A DNA stretch of 64,000 nt from the human T2T-CHM13v2.0 reference genome, Homo sapiens, in the NCBI RefSeq assembly GCF_009914755.1, contig NC_060929.1; one strand, 5' to 3'. Of the stretch, positions 46,075 to 62,460 are shown one piece after another; positions within the stretch are counted from its first letter, which is position 1, and the number at the start of each line of letters is the position of its first letter. The notes under the pieces are model-generated. The model was not told the DNA's origin, searched no databases, and saw only the letters and a program-made list of their open reading frames with translations. The translations under genes were made by a program, and so were the position numbers.

Positions 46075-48649
46075 ATGAGCTATATGGCTTAGATTAAATC
46101 CTTCCTGTCTTTGGGGCTTATTTATAAATTAAGGAGGTTGGACTCAATAATTATTAAGGTACCTTCCAGCTTTGATATTAAGACCCTTTGGGAAGGCAAT
46201 TCCTTTCCCTCTTGGTGGTCTCTTTCCAAGCTGACAGCTTCTTAAAGAAAAGGACAATTGCCTCCTGTCGTTATTAGAAAGTGGACACAGGTCAGGTTCC
46301 TGGGGTGACAGGGAGTTCAATGGTTGAGTTTTCAATAGCTAGCTTTATACTTTCCTGCTGCTTGTCAACTCCAGGAGAGAAAGGGTGGCCATTGTTTGCT
46401 TTTGTCTTGCTACACAAAAGCTAGACCAGTATTGGAGGGAAGAAAGAGGCGCTGCCTTCTTGGCCAAGAGCCACACTGGTTACCTGAATGGAGTTTCATC
46501 TTGAGGATGCCTCTTCTTATCCCCATAGGGAGACCTTTGCCTGCAGCCACAGCAGTGAATCGCTAATTGTCTCCTGTGCTCATTTGGCTGCACAAACAGA
46601 AGCACACAGCCTCATCAAGGTGAGAGCTAAGCCGACCCCATGTCTATTTGAACAATGCTAAGATGGATGATGAATGGGTATTTTGGAAACACAGCAAATG
46701 CAATGATTTATATTCATGATGGACTAAACCCAAAGGGACTTCTGGAATGGGCACATAGCATAGTGCTTTGATCTTTCAGAGTGTGAACTAAGTGAAAAAG
46801 GATTTGGAAAGCTGTTCCTTGTGACATCCAGAGAAAAGGGGGTTGGGCTTTTTATACAGACAATTTACTTTTAAACCAAGCTGCAGATTTGGAAGGTCAA
46901 AACGGGCAAAAAAAAAAAAGTACTCGAATGTGATGAGACCAATTGGGAAATTTTTAAAACTTTGAATTTGAAAATATAAGTTTCTATTGCCATTGTTGCC
47001 ATTATGATTGAAAGTTTGAATTAGGTAATCAAATATATTTTAAATTGAATAAATATTTGTTTGATTATCTTGCTTACTCATTATCAAATCTAGTTTGAGA
47101 ACATAGGTACTTGGGTTCTTTGATGCTAATATGACATAATCCCATCTCCACATCCTCCATCACTATCCCCATTTCTGTTTTCTATTCTTTTTATATATCT
47201 TTATGTCCCCTTGGTATACTCCTAGCTGTGAGAATTGAGTCTTTTAACTATTCTCTCAGTTCCAGTAACAGGAGGAATCAAGTCAACGTCTCTTGTCATG
47301 AAAATGGGAGTACACATGGCTGCCCTTAGGAGTTTTCTGAAGACCCAGTCAAAGAATGAGCAAGAGAGAGACAGACACCATGTCTTACAGAGTCACACTC
47401 ATTGAATATGTTTCCTATATCCCTCCCTCCTTCCTTTCTTTCTTACCCAATGGAAGACAGACCGATAAGCACCCACATGGAGGAAGTTCCTTTTGCCATA
47501 TTTGTGGTGATCAGCCTCTCTATGCCTACCCAGTGATCATATACCTTTACCTATTTATAAAGAGTATGGGTTTTTAAAATGAGAGGAGAAAGGCAGTGCA
47601 TCAAAATCAAATTACTCACTGTGATTATCTTTTCTCCCACTCTGAAAAAAAATAGAGTTTTCATTTAGCTTATTTTCATTCAGCCGGCATCTTATGCATC
47701 GTTGCAAATTAACACTATTCACAATAGGAAAGAAGTGTGCAGCCAAGGCTCTGAATAATCTCATTACATATCTCTCAACAATTAAGTGCATTAACTAAGT
47801 CCTTGTATCGGAGGGGATGTTGCTGAAATGGCTCACATTTAGTCACATCCTTCTGTGCTTCCTGTTCACATAAGGTTTTGTCTAATCTTCATTATACCTC
47901 AAAGGGTTTGGGATTATTACCAAAACATGACCCTGGATTATTCTGCATGAATAACTTCCAGTATCCCAAATGTTCTTCCACTTCTTTTTGTACTAAGAGA
48001 GACTACATGATAGTAGTTTGTAGTTTGATTTCAGAGATCAGAAAAACCTCAGCTCATATTTCAGATTACCTACTTATTAGCTCTATGACACCTTCATGCC
48101 TCGGTTTCTTCAACTGTCAAAAGAAAACAGTAAAAGTCCCAATCCCATTGGGTTGTTGTGAAGATTAACTTATATAATTAGAGGAGGCACATAGTACAGT
48201 TCCTGGTTTGTAGCAAATGCTCAATCAGTGACAGGGGTAGTAGCAGTAGCAGCACTGCAATTGTAACAACAGAGGCCACATGGAGCTCTGGCTGTAAACA
48301 GAAAATCTGGGCTCTGGTCCTGGCTCCTATTAGCTGTTTGACCTCTTTGTCTCAAGTGTCCTTTACTGTGCAAGATTATTGTGAGAATTAACTGTGATAA
48401 TCGATGTAAATGTACTTGTAAACTATAGGGATGTAAATGATTAATGTCATTATGAAGTCACTGTTGAAGGTTATTTTTTTCAAGTTTCTCAATAAGGTGA
48501 TTGCAAAAGCATTTACAAAGTATAAATTTTTGCTTGGCACTATGATTGTCAGAGTCAAAGTTCTTTGATTTCAAGAAACAAAAATCAAATCAAGTTGCTC
48601 ACATAAAAGTGAGGTTTGTGGAGAGAATAAGATAAAATAAGTTGTGGGA

Positions 48650-49440
48650 AACCATTCATTCATTAAACATGTATTTATTGAACACTATTCTAGCTCTAGA
48701 AACTGTGCTAAGTGCTCAATATGTCAAAATGAGTCAAATCATTTACTTAAGAAGTTAATAGCATATTGGAGAGAAGAAACTGAAAATCAGTGTAGGGCAC
48801 AGGTATATGGTAAACAAAGAGGTTCATGCATATCTACAAAATAAGAAAATAAACTGAGGCTATGCATGTAATAAATAGAATATAATTACAGAAAGTACCT
48901 GGGAAATGTGGGATATCACAAAAGAGAAAGTTTTGGGTCCTGAGAAAGCTTTGCAGGAAGGGGGAGTGCCTATTTTCAAGTCTCTAAGACAGGAAAGTGG
49001 TTGGCAAATCAGAGAAACTGAAAGGCATCCAGTGTGGCAGGAGCTTGTAGCCACAGGGGAGTGGCTCACATCTGGGCAGGAGACACAAATTCAGTTAATT
49101 AATTAATTCATTCATTCAACATATTTATCGAATGCCTACTCTGTGTCAGGCACGGCTGTTAGCCAGAAAGATGAAGTTTTCCCAAAATGACCAACCCCCA
49201 ACCCTACATTCTAATAAGTAATGAGATAATTTTTAAAAATAAAATTATATTAAAAACCTAAAGGTATGTCAGCATATAATTAGTTTTAAACTGAGATGGT
49301 CTAAGGAGTAAGTGTGAATAGAGAGGAAAAGGGAACTTAGAGTCCAGGAAACAAGTATAGGAGAAGAAGTCAACAAAGGAGACTGAGAGGAATATTCTGA
49401 GAGGTAGGAGAATAACAGGAGAGGATGATATCATATAAAT
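48650..49440 (-). mobile_element. L2 fragments (host of the L1PA8A)
   Basis: Two L2 tails (CATTCATTCATTAAACATGTATTTATTGA at ~48652; ATTCATTCAACATATTTATCGAATGCCTACT at ~49110) plus internal L2 motifs. Confidence 0.65.
49163..49340 (+). repeat. Dispersed direct repeat, copy A (partner 57188-57352)
   Basis: Shared blocks ATGACCAACCCC, ACATTCTAATAAGTAAT, TGTCAGCATATAATTAGTTTTAAACTGAGA, AGTGTGAATAGAGAGG, AAAGGGAACTTAG. Confidence 0.93.
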
Positions 49441-50757
49441 AAAAAAGGTTGGGGTGGGACCAAGATGGCCTTCTAGAAGCAGGATTAATGGGAGGCTCCC
49501 ATCAAAAAGAACCATAACAGCACGTGACTCCTGCACCGGCAACTGAGGTATCCAGGTTCTGTCACCAGAACTGACCAGGAAGCTGGCATGGAGAGGAAGG
49601 AAGAGCAGTGTGGTGCAGCAGCCCACCTGAGAGCCACATAGGGTAGGGGAGCCCCCACCCTCAGCCAAGGGAGGCAGTAAGTAAGCATGCTACCCAGCCT
49701 AGAAAAACATACTTTTTCCATGGAACTGTGCATTCCATGGATTGGAAGCTCCCACTTGTGAGCCCACACCACCAGGGCCTAGGGTCCCAACCACAGAGCT
49801 GTGCAGATTCTCAACAGCCACTGAGCTAGAATCTTCTTAAGCCTGCTGAGTTCCTGGGAGGAGGGGTGACCAGCACCACAGCTGTGGCTGTCTACTGTCT
49901 AAGCACTTTGAGCTCATTGGGAGAGGGGCGACAGCCAATAACATGCTAAGCACCCAGAGTGGGGGAAGGGTGGCAGCCATCTTTATAGCTCCAGGTGGTG
50001 CTTTTCACCTGCTGGAGCCAGAGAGGCTGGAGGACTTTGTTCCAAGAGGTATCCCCCACAGCCCAACACACCGGCTGTGGCAGACTGCGGACAGAATGCC
50101 TCTTCAGGCCTGACCCTGACCCATCCTTCCTCACTAGGTGGGACCTCCCGAAACTCCAGTCAGAGGCTGAACTTCCGCAACTCTAGCCAGAGGCTCAAGG
50201 ACAGAACTCTGATCCCCCGGGGTCTAAGCCCCTAAGGACTGGGGTGACTAGTCTCCATGGACCAGCAGACTTAGTCTTTCCTTCTGCTAGTTCTGAGGAA
50301 TCCAAGCACACCACATAAGTGAGTTTTCCCTCAGCGAAGCACACCCCCTCCACCAAGGGACAGTCAAAGTGCTTCATTAAATGGGTCCTGCTCCCCATGC
50401 CACCCAACTTGGTGGGACCCTCCAACAGGGGTTATCAGATACCTTGTACAAGAGTGTTCCTACTGGCATCAAGTTGCTGCCCCTTGAGGTCAGAGATCCC
50501 AGAGGAAGGAGCAGGCTCCCATCTTTGCTGTTCTCTATCCTCCTCGAGTGACATCTCCAGGCACAGAGGCAAATCAGATGAATAGGGCCTGAAGTGAACC
50601 CCAGCAAAGAGCAGCAGCTCTACAGAAGAGGGACCTGACCATTGCAAGAAAAACAAACAAACAGAAAGCAATAACATCAGCATCAACAACAAAAACGTCC
50701 CCATAAAAAACCACATCCAAGGGACAGCAGTCTCAAAGATCAATACTAGAAAAACTT

Positions 50758-51778
50758 ATGAAGATGAGAAAGGTTCAATGAAATAACACTGAAAACCCAA
50801 AAGGCCAGAGTGCCTCTTCTCCTCCAAATGATCACTTTGCCTCTCCAGCAAGGGTGCAGAACTGGGTGGAGGGTGAGATGGACAAAGTGACAGAAGCAGG
50901 CTTCAGAAGGTGAATAACAACAAGCTCTGCTGAACTAAAGGAGCGTGTTCTAACTCAATGCAAAGAAACCTTGATAAAAGATTACAGGAGCTGATAACTA
51001 GAATAAAAAGTTTATAGAGAAACATAAATGACCTGATGGAGCTGAAAAACACAGAAAGAGAACTTTGTGAAGTATACACAAGTATCAGTAGTTGAATCAA
51101 CTAAGCAGAAGAAAGGATATCAGAGTTGGAAGACGATCTTGTTGAAATAAGGCAGGCAGATAAGATTAAAGAAAAAAGAAAGAAAAGGAATGAAATGTCC
51201 GAGAAATATGGGACTATATAAAAAGACCAAACCTACAATTGATTGGAGTACCTGAAAGTGATGGGAAGAAAGGAACCAAGTTGGAAAACACATTTCAGGA
51301 TATTATTCAGGAGAACTTCCCCAACCTAGCAAGAGAGACCAACGTTCAAATTCAGGAAATACAGAGAACACCACTAAGATACTACGTGAGAAGATCCACC
51401 CCAAGACACATAATTATGAGATTCTCCAAAAGTGAAATGAAGGAAAAAAAGTCAATGGCAGCCAGAGAGAAAGGCAAGGTCACCTACAAAGGGAAGCCCA
51501 TGAGACTAACAGTAGACTTCTAAGCAGAAATTCTGCAAGCCAGAAGAGAGCGGGGACCAATATTCAACATTCTAAAAGAAAATATTTTTCAACCCAGAAT
51601 TTCAGATCCAGCCAAACTAAGCTTCATAAGTGAAGAAGACATAAAATCCTTTCTAGACAAGCAAATGCTGAGGAGTTTCATTGCCACCAGGCCTGCCTTG
51701 AAAGAGCTCTTGAAAGAAGCACTAACTATGGAAAGGAAAAATTGGTACCAGTCACTGCAGAAACACACCAAAATATAA
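50758..51778 (+). pseudogene. Disrupted L1 ORF1p
   Basis: IGVPE...DIIQENFPNLAR...TPRHII..KGKP.RLT.D (ORF 51239..51523); stops and frameshifts elsewhere. Confidence 0.9.
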
Positions 51779-51841
51779 AGACCAATGACACTATGAAGAA
51801 ACTACATCAACTAGTGTGCAAAATAATCAGACAGCATCATG

Positions 51842-55975
<4,134 letters not shown>

Positions 55976-56999
55976 AACAATGAGAACACATGGACACAGG
56001 GAAGGGAACAATACACACCAGGGCCTGTCAGGGGGTTGGCGGGCAAGGGGAAGGAGAGCATTAGGACAAATAGCTAATGCATGTGGGGCTTAAAACCTAG
56101 ATGACGGGTTGTTAGGTGCAGCAAACCGCCATGGAACATGTATACCTATGTAACAAACCTACATGTTCTGTACTTGTATTCCAGAACTTAAAGTGAATAA
56201 AAAAACAAAAACAAAAACAAAAAACTAAAAAAGGTCAGGGAATGAGAGAGTGAAGACAGTAAAGTGCGCACAACCTGTCTGTTCAATTCCAGGGACTGGA
56301 ATGTCAGAAATGAATACTATTTGTCTTTCTAGGAGGCCTCAGAGGCATTTCCACTGCTGATTTCTCCATCTGCTCTGCTTTCCTATTTCTCTTTGCACAT
56401 TGACTTCTGGTGACTCCTGCCTACCATATGCTCCTCCAGAACTTTGATTTGCATGGCCTTTGGCTTTGTCTCCTGCCACCTCCTTCCAACCTCAACTCTG
56501 CCTGAGCTGTTAGCTCCAGGACTATCACCATCAGCCAGACTCAGCTTCTCATTATCCCAGTTCAGAACTACTAGAAAAGAGATTCTGATTGATTTGATTT
56601 GCCTGGGATAAGGTGTTGACTTCTGGTCCATGCACCTGTAACCAAGGTGAAGTCAGTCCCATGTAGTACCTGGTGCTGTTTAGGTAACTCCTCTCCCTTC
56701 AGCAGGGCTGCGGGTGAGAAGGGCATACAATTTTAAAGAATTGAGCATGATCTGGGCAGTTCCCCAAATGGGCTACTGAATCCTGTTACATGGCATTCTC
56801 TCAAATCATCAGTGGATGCTTCTGTGTCTAATAACATGATCATGATTACCATTGCCAGTCGAACCATAATAAAGTGTGGTGTTATATTATAGGCAACATA
56901 TCAAGAGATGGCAGATTCAAGTACTGACTCAAATACAGAAGATAATGTTCATGGAGTAAAGTAGCACTACAGTAATACAGTAGAGAATGGTGTAGACTG

Positions 57000-57479
57000 T
57001 GGCAAAGCAAACAAAAATGATTATACAAAGGGGACAGCCCCTGCACACCATTAGCTGATAACTGTCATGCAGGAATGTGAGCTCCGTATTTGCCTGATCT
57101 TCTGATTTTACAAGAAGTTTAGAGCAGAGGTGTCAAGAAATGTAGATTGCGATGCAGAATTATAAAATTTTGATGCAAAATTGCTACCCAGACAGATGAA
57201 GCTTTCCTAAGATGACCAACCCCACATTCTAATAAGTAATAATTTTTAACATAAATATATATTAAAAACCTGAAGATTTGTCAGCATATAATTAGTTTTA
57301 AACTGAGAGAGTCTAAGGAGTGAGTGTGAATAGAGAGGCAAAGGGAACTTAGCCCATTCTAAAACGTAAGGAAGTAACAAACAGAAATAAATAAAAAGCA
57401 CTTTTATCACCACTATAAAGGGCAAACAAAATAAGTCTGCAGAGAATCCAGTCCATAGGCTGTCTGTTTGACACCTCTG
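57000..57479. mobile_element. MER102-like hAT element carrying secondary insertions
   Basis: GTCATGCAGGAATGTGAGC...TTGCCTGATCTTCTGATTTT and terminus GGGCAAACAAAATAAGTCTGC...GTTTGACACCTCTG resemble MER102. Confidence 0.6.
57188..57352 (+). repeat. Dispersed direct repeat, copy B (partner 49163-49340)
   Basis: Alignable end to end with copy A, roughly 85-90% identical with two short indels. Confidence 0.93.
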
Positions 57480-57484
57480 CTTTA

Positions 57485-57560
57485 TTTATTTATTTATTTA
57501 TTTTATTTATTTATTTTTTTTTGATATTTAAAGAGGTCTTTTATTTAAATCATTGTGTCA
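57485..57560 (-). pseudogene. Orphan 38-nt retroposed 3' end with poly(A) tail and 15-bp TSD
   Basis: On -: TGACACAATGATTTAAATAAAAGACCTCTTTAAATATC + A9(TAAA)n; TSD GACACCTCTGCTTTA at 57470-57484 and 57561-57575. Confidence 0.8.
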
Positions 57561-59039
57561 GACACCTCTGCTTTAAACTTCACACTGGAGGACTTAAAGA
57601 AATGCCTAAAAAGCTACTCATTAGGGAAGACTTAGAATATTATTATTGTTATCCTTATTATTACAGCTAAGATGTTGTTCCAGGCATCATCCCAAGTATT
57701 TTAAATGTGAAATCCCATTTTATTTTTACAAAAACCCTAAGACAAAAGTAGTTACCCTTTTTACATTGGAGGAAAAAAGAGGATTTAAGGGGATTAGTAA
57801 TTTGTCCAAATAAATGTCGACTCATTTAGTTTAGCAAATGTAGTTAGTGATGGGGCAGGAATCTGAGTTATCTTACCCAAAAACCTGCACCTTTGACCAG
57901 ATTACTTAGGTGGCATTAAGCAATTTTTAGGATGCCTTCTGTCCCTAAGAATCCAGGATTTTCTTAATCTTCATTGAAGCTCATGAGATCCCCGAGTTCT
58001 TTTCTAGTTCAGAGTGGTCACATTAGGGGTCAAACCCTCTATAGAATGGCCTGCTATTTCACTTCTTTCCCAACTCTTCAGGGATCCGCTAGAATTCCTC
58101 TTGTGGGGAGGTCCCCCCTGAATAATTATGAGTACTTATGGTTTCAAAGAAATAACATTTTTCAGTATGATAATCACCACAAAATCTCCAGTTCCTTTAC
58201 TTACTCTTTAAATGGTGGGGTGGGGGGGTATCTGTGAAAGAGTGGGGTTGGGGAACATAGTGTGAAATGGGAAGGAAGTGATTCATATACACATTTATGT
58301 ATGATTCAGACAGAAGCTGACAGATGCTTAGAGAATCCTTTAGAAAATGGACAAAACCATAGAGCATTAAAAATGCTCTATGTTTAAAAATGTAAAGCTC
58401 TGTACAGTGGAGACCCAAGGAAATGTATGACCAGGAAAGGTAGCAGGAAGGTTTATTGGACCTATCCTCCTCAAGATGGCTGGCTCATCTGCTCTTTGCC
58501 CTGATTTGGACCTGCTAGCTCTAATTTTGCCTCTGATTTAGGCCATCAGTAATTAAATCACTGCCCCGGCTCTCTGTTGCTAAAAAAGAATTAGGTTTTA
58601 AAATAGATCACCTGCTTAGCTGATTCCTGTGGGTCTGGGCTTTTCATCCAATTCTGATAAGCTTTCTGCCACCCGTGGATCTCCTCTCCTCTATGTTCAT
58701 TTAACAGGGAACGGAATCCTTGAAGCTCATTGGTGCAGCTCACAGCACTGAGTCACCAGGGGAGCTAAAACATATCCTAAGGATGTTCGGACCAGGAAGA
58801 AATGGGTTCAATCTTTCCACTGGACAGGCATGTAAACTGAGGTCCAGGAAACAGTATGACTTGGCAGCATGAGAGGAAGAATCTACGCCCTGAATCAGAG
58901 CCCAGCGCCCTTTCCAACTTTTTCCACTGCTTCTAGACGGCATTCTGTAAATATCCACCCTTGGAAGGAGGCAAAGGCTCATACTGCGGCATGATCCTTC
59001 ATAAATGCTCTATTTGTTTGCCTTTATGCCAACATTAAT

Positions 59040-59265
59040 TAATACTTATAGAGCACTTACTATGTGCCAGGCCCTTAGCTAAGAATCTTTCAAGTAATAT
59101 TGTTACCTCATTCAATCTTCTCTGAAAATGCCCATGCTTCTGTTTTGCAAATAAGGAATCTGAAGCTCAGTGTAACTCAGTAATATGTTTAGTGGTGTGC
59201 AGTGAATAATGACAGGGCCAAAGTTTGAATCTAGGACTCTGACTCTCAAGCTGTCCTCTTAACCA
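59040..59265 (-). mobile_element. MIR
   Basis: GAGCACTTACTATGTGCCAGGC...TTTTGCAAATAAGGAATCTGAAGCTCAG. Confidence 0.7.
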
Positions 59266-59334
59266 TATGTCGTGCCAAGGCTGATAAGTGCCATTTTTTA
59301 ATCCCTCTGATAATTCACGTTGGCTGAGAGCCTT

Positions 59335-59503
59335 GACGTAAAAGTATGGTTCTTCTGACCAGCGGAATCAGCATCATGTGGGAACTTGTTAGAAATGCAA
59401 AAACCCAAGCCTCCACCCGAGGCTTACAAATCAGAATCTGCATTTTTTTTATAAGATGCCCAGAAAAGACAAAGTCAACACATTTCAAATTTGAGAATCA
59501 TTG
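59335..59503. mobile_element. MER5A-type fragment
   Basis: ATCAGCATCA..TGGGAACTTGTTAGAAATGCA...AATCAGAATCTGCATTTT...TTTGAGAA.CA.TG. Confidence 0.75.
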
Positions 59504-60269
59504 GCCTACGGGGCCTTCCACAGGGAAACATAAGGAAATGCTTTTCAAGAGCATTTAGTCAAAAATCCTGATTTCTTGAAATAGAAAAGGAGCCTTAAAG
59601 AGTGTTCACTGGGCCCAACTTCTAGATCCTTGACATCTAATGCATTTTTTGGGACAACAATACCGAGTGGATGATAAAAATAGGATATTTTTTCTGCATC
59701 CCCTCTTAGCCTCCCTACCCACAATCCCACCCCAAATACTAGGTAGTGGCAGAGAGCTGCAATTCTTGACTTCCAACCACTTTTGCCAAAGAGATCAACG
59801 GAACTGTATGCAGTTCATGGTCATCATCACACTCCATTTCTTAGATATGCTTATTAAATTCAGACCCAGCTAAGAAAATGGAAAAAAAAAACCCCACTAT
59901 ATTCAGAGAGTTGATATTTTTCCTCCTGTTAAATTGAGCTGTGGGAGGTATCATATGCTGAACTAGTACATTTAAAAAGACAAAAACCCTAATGTTTTAA
60001 GGAGTGTTTTTTCCCATTAACATGTTGCTAAGCAACATTTTTACAATATCAGCAGCTCTATAACTGCAAGCTGAATGAATGTCTGGAAACACAGAAAGAA
60101 TTTAAAAAGCAGAGAAAGAGAATATTGCTCCTGTTAGTATATTTCCTTTGTTATTGGTGTTGGGACCATCTCAAACAAGTTAAACCACAGATGATGGAGC
60201 AACTTCTCCCAGTTTTGTTAACAATAATCATGTGATAACCACGAGAGTTGTGCCTTAATTTTAGTAATA

Positions 60270-61260
60270 TAATTTTTATTAATATTTATATTATGAAATA
60301 TTTTAAATGTATACAAAAATAGATGGTATAATGAACTCCTACATAACTATCAGCCGGCCAGCTTTAACAATTATCAACTCACAGCCAATCTTGTTTTGCC
60401 TATTTCTCCTGCTTGCTCCTGATTTGAAGCAACTCCCAGGCATCATATTATTTTATCTGAAAATATTTCAGTATTTATCTCAGACAGGTAAGCCTTTTTT
60501 TTTTTTGAAGAAAAGCACAGTATCATTATCACACCTAAATCAAAAGTTAACACAATTCTTAAATGTTAGCAAATATATAGTCAATATTCCACTTTCCAAT
60601 TATTTCATTTTCTCTTTTTACTATTTCAATAAGGATCCAAATAAAATCTATACCTTGGTTGATGTGTGCCTTAAATCTGTTTATATCTACAAGTTCCTCT
60701 CTATTCATCTCTCTTTTTTGCTTTCACTTCGTTTAATAAGCAACCCAAAACATTTGTCCTGTACAGGCTCCTGAAATCTAGATTTTGCAGCTTATATCCC
60801 TGGGTTTCTTGAAAAGTGGTCAGACCTAAAAGCTTTATCGGATTGAGGGCTGAAATTTTTTTTAAGCAAGATGAATTCATAAATAATATTATATTCTATC
60901 AAGAGGCATGTAAGTTCTGGTTGCCTTTTTTGTGGTGTTAGCAAACTTTTTATGATACATATATTGATCTATTAACTCATTAGAGATTGCAAAATGATGA
61001 TACTCACTTATTAGCCAATATACTTCTATGAAGAAAAATTTACCTTTCCCATTTGTGTACCAAGTGCTATGATTCACATAAGAAAGACAATATAAATGCC
61101 TGATTCTTCCCGACTATTTACCAGTTTTCAAAATATTGATTTAGTAGCATCCTCCAATGGTGATAGGTCAAAGTTTGTTGTTTGTTTTTGGTATCATCAT
61201 AGATTTGGACAGTTTTGATATCTTATATTTGGCCAGTGAGAGCCTCTTCAAATTGGCTTG
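60270..61260 (-). mobile_element. Old L1MC-like 3' region
   Basis: TTATTATGAAATATTTTAAATGTATACAAAAATAG...ATAATGAAC, AACAATTATCAACTCA.AGCCAATCTTGTTT, TTTGGCCAGTG.GAGCCTCTTCA. Confidence 0.6.
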
Positions 61261-61337
61261 TTTCTTTTTGTTTGTTTGTTTCTTGTTTTATTTTGTTTTT
61301 TGTATTAACTGTAACAAAACAAGCTAAGCACAATGCT

Positions 61338-62368
61338 TTCTTTTTTCTCTTTCAACTTTTGTTTTAGGTTCAAGGGGTGCATGTGCAGGTTTGGTATATG
61401 GATAAATTGTGTGTCACAGGGATTTGGTGTACAGATTATTTCATCATCTATATCATAGTGCCTGATAGGTAGTTTTTTTTAATCCTCACCCTCCTACCAC
61501 CCTCCACCTCAATTAGACCCCAGTGTCTGTTGTTCCCTTGTGTCCATGTGTACTCAATGTTAGCTCCCAATTATAAGTGGAAACATGCAACATTTGGTTT
61601 TCTGTTCCTGTGTTAATTTGCTTAAGATAATGGCCTCCAACTTCATCTATCTTGCTGCAAAGGATATAATCTCATTCTTTTTATGGCTGCATAGTATTCC
61701 ACAATGTATATGTACCATCATTTCTTTATTTAGTCCACTGTTGATGGGCACCTTGGTTAATTCCACGTCTTTCCTATTGTGCATTGTGTTATAATGAACA
61801 TATACATGCATGTGTCTTTATGGTAGAACAATTTATGTTTCTTTGGTTTACACCCAGTAATGGGATTGCTAGGTCAAATGGTAGTTCAGTTTTAAGTTCT
61901 TTGAGAAATCTCTAAACTGCTTTCCACAGTGGCGGAACTAATTTACATTCCCACCAGCAGTGTGTAAATGTTCCCTTTTCTCCTCAACCTGGCCAGCATC
62001 TATTATTTTTTGACTTTTAATAATTGTCATTCTGACTGGTTGAGATGGTATCACATTGTGGTTTTGATTTGCATTTCTCTAATAATTAGTGATATTGACA
62101 TGTTCCCATGTTTGTTGGTCACAATTACATCTTCTTTTGAAAAGTGTCTGATCATGTCCTTTGCCTATTGTTAACAGAGTTGTTTGTTTCTTGCTTGTTG
62201 ATTTCTTTAAGTTTCTTATAGATTCTTAAACATTATTAGACCTTTGTTGGACACATAGATGGCAAGTATTTTCTTACATTCTGTAGGTTTTCTGTTTATT
62301 CTGTTGATAGTTTCTTTCACTGTGAGGAAGCTCTTTAGTTTAGTTAGATCCCATTTGTCAATTTTTTT
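61338..62368 (-). mobile_element. L1PA15/16-like 5'-truncated copy
   Basis: TTCAACTTTT.TTTTAGGTTCA.GGGGT.CATGTGCAGGTTTG...TTGGTGTACAGATTATTTC; ORF2 C-terminal remnant antisense. Confidence 0.88.
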
Positions 62369-62460
62369 CTGATCCTTTTTTGGCTAAGATCTTCAACAAT
62401 TTTTTCTATTTCATCTATATATTACTTATCACTTTAGACTTTCTATATTTATTAAGGTCA

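Noticed and set aside
60307-60774. 155-aa hydrophobic ORF
   Set aside because: Antisense old L1MC-like sequence; T-richness explains the F/L/I bias
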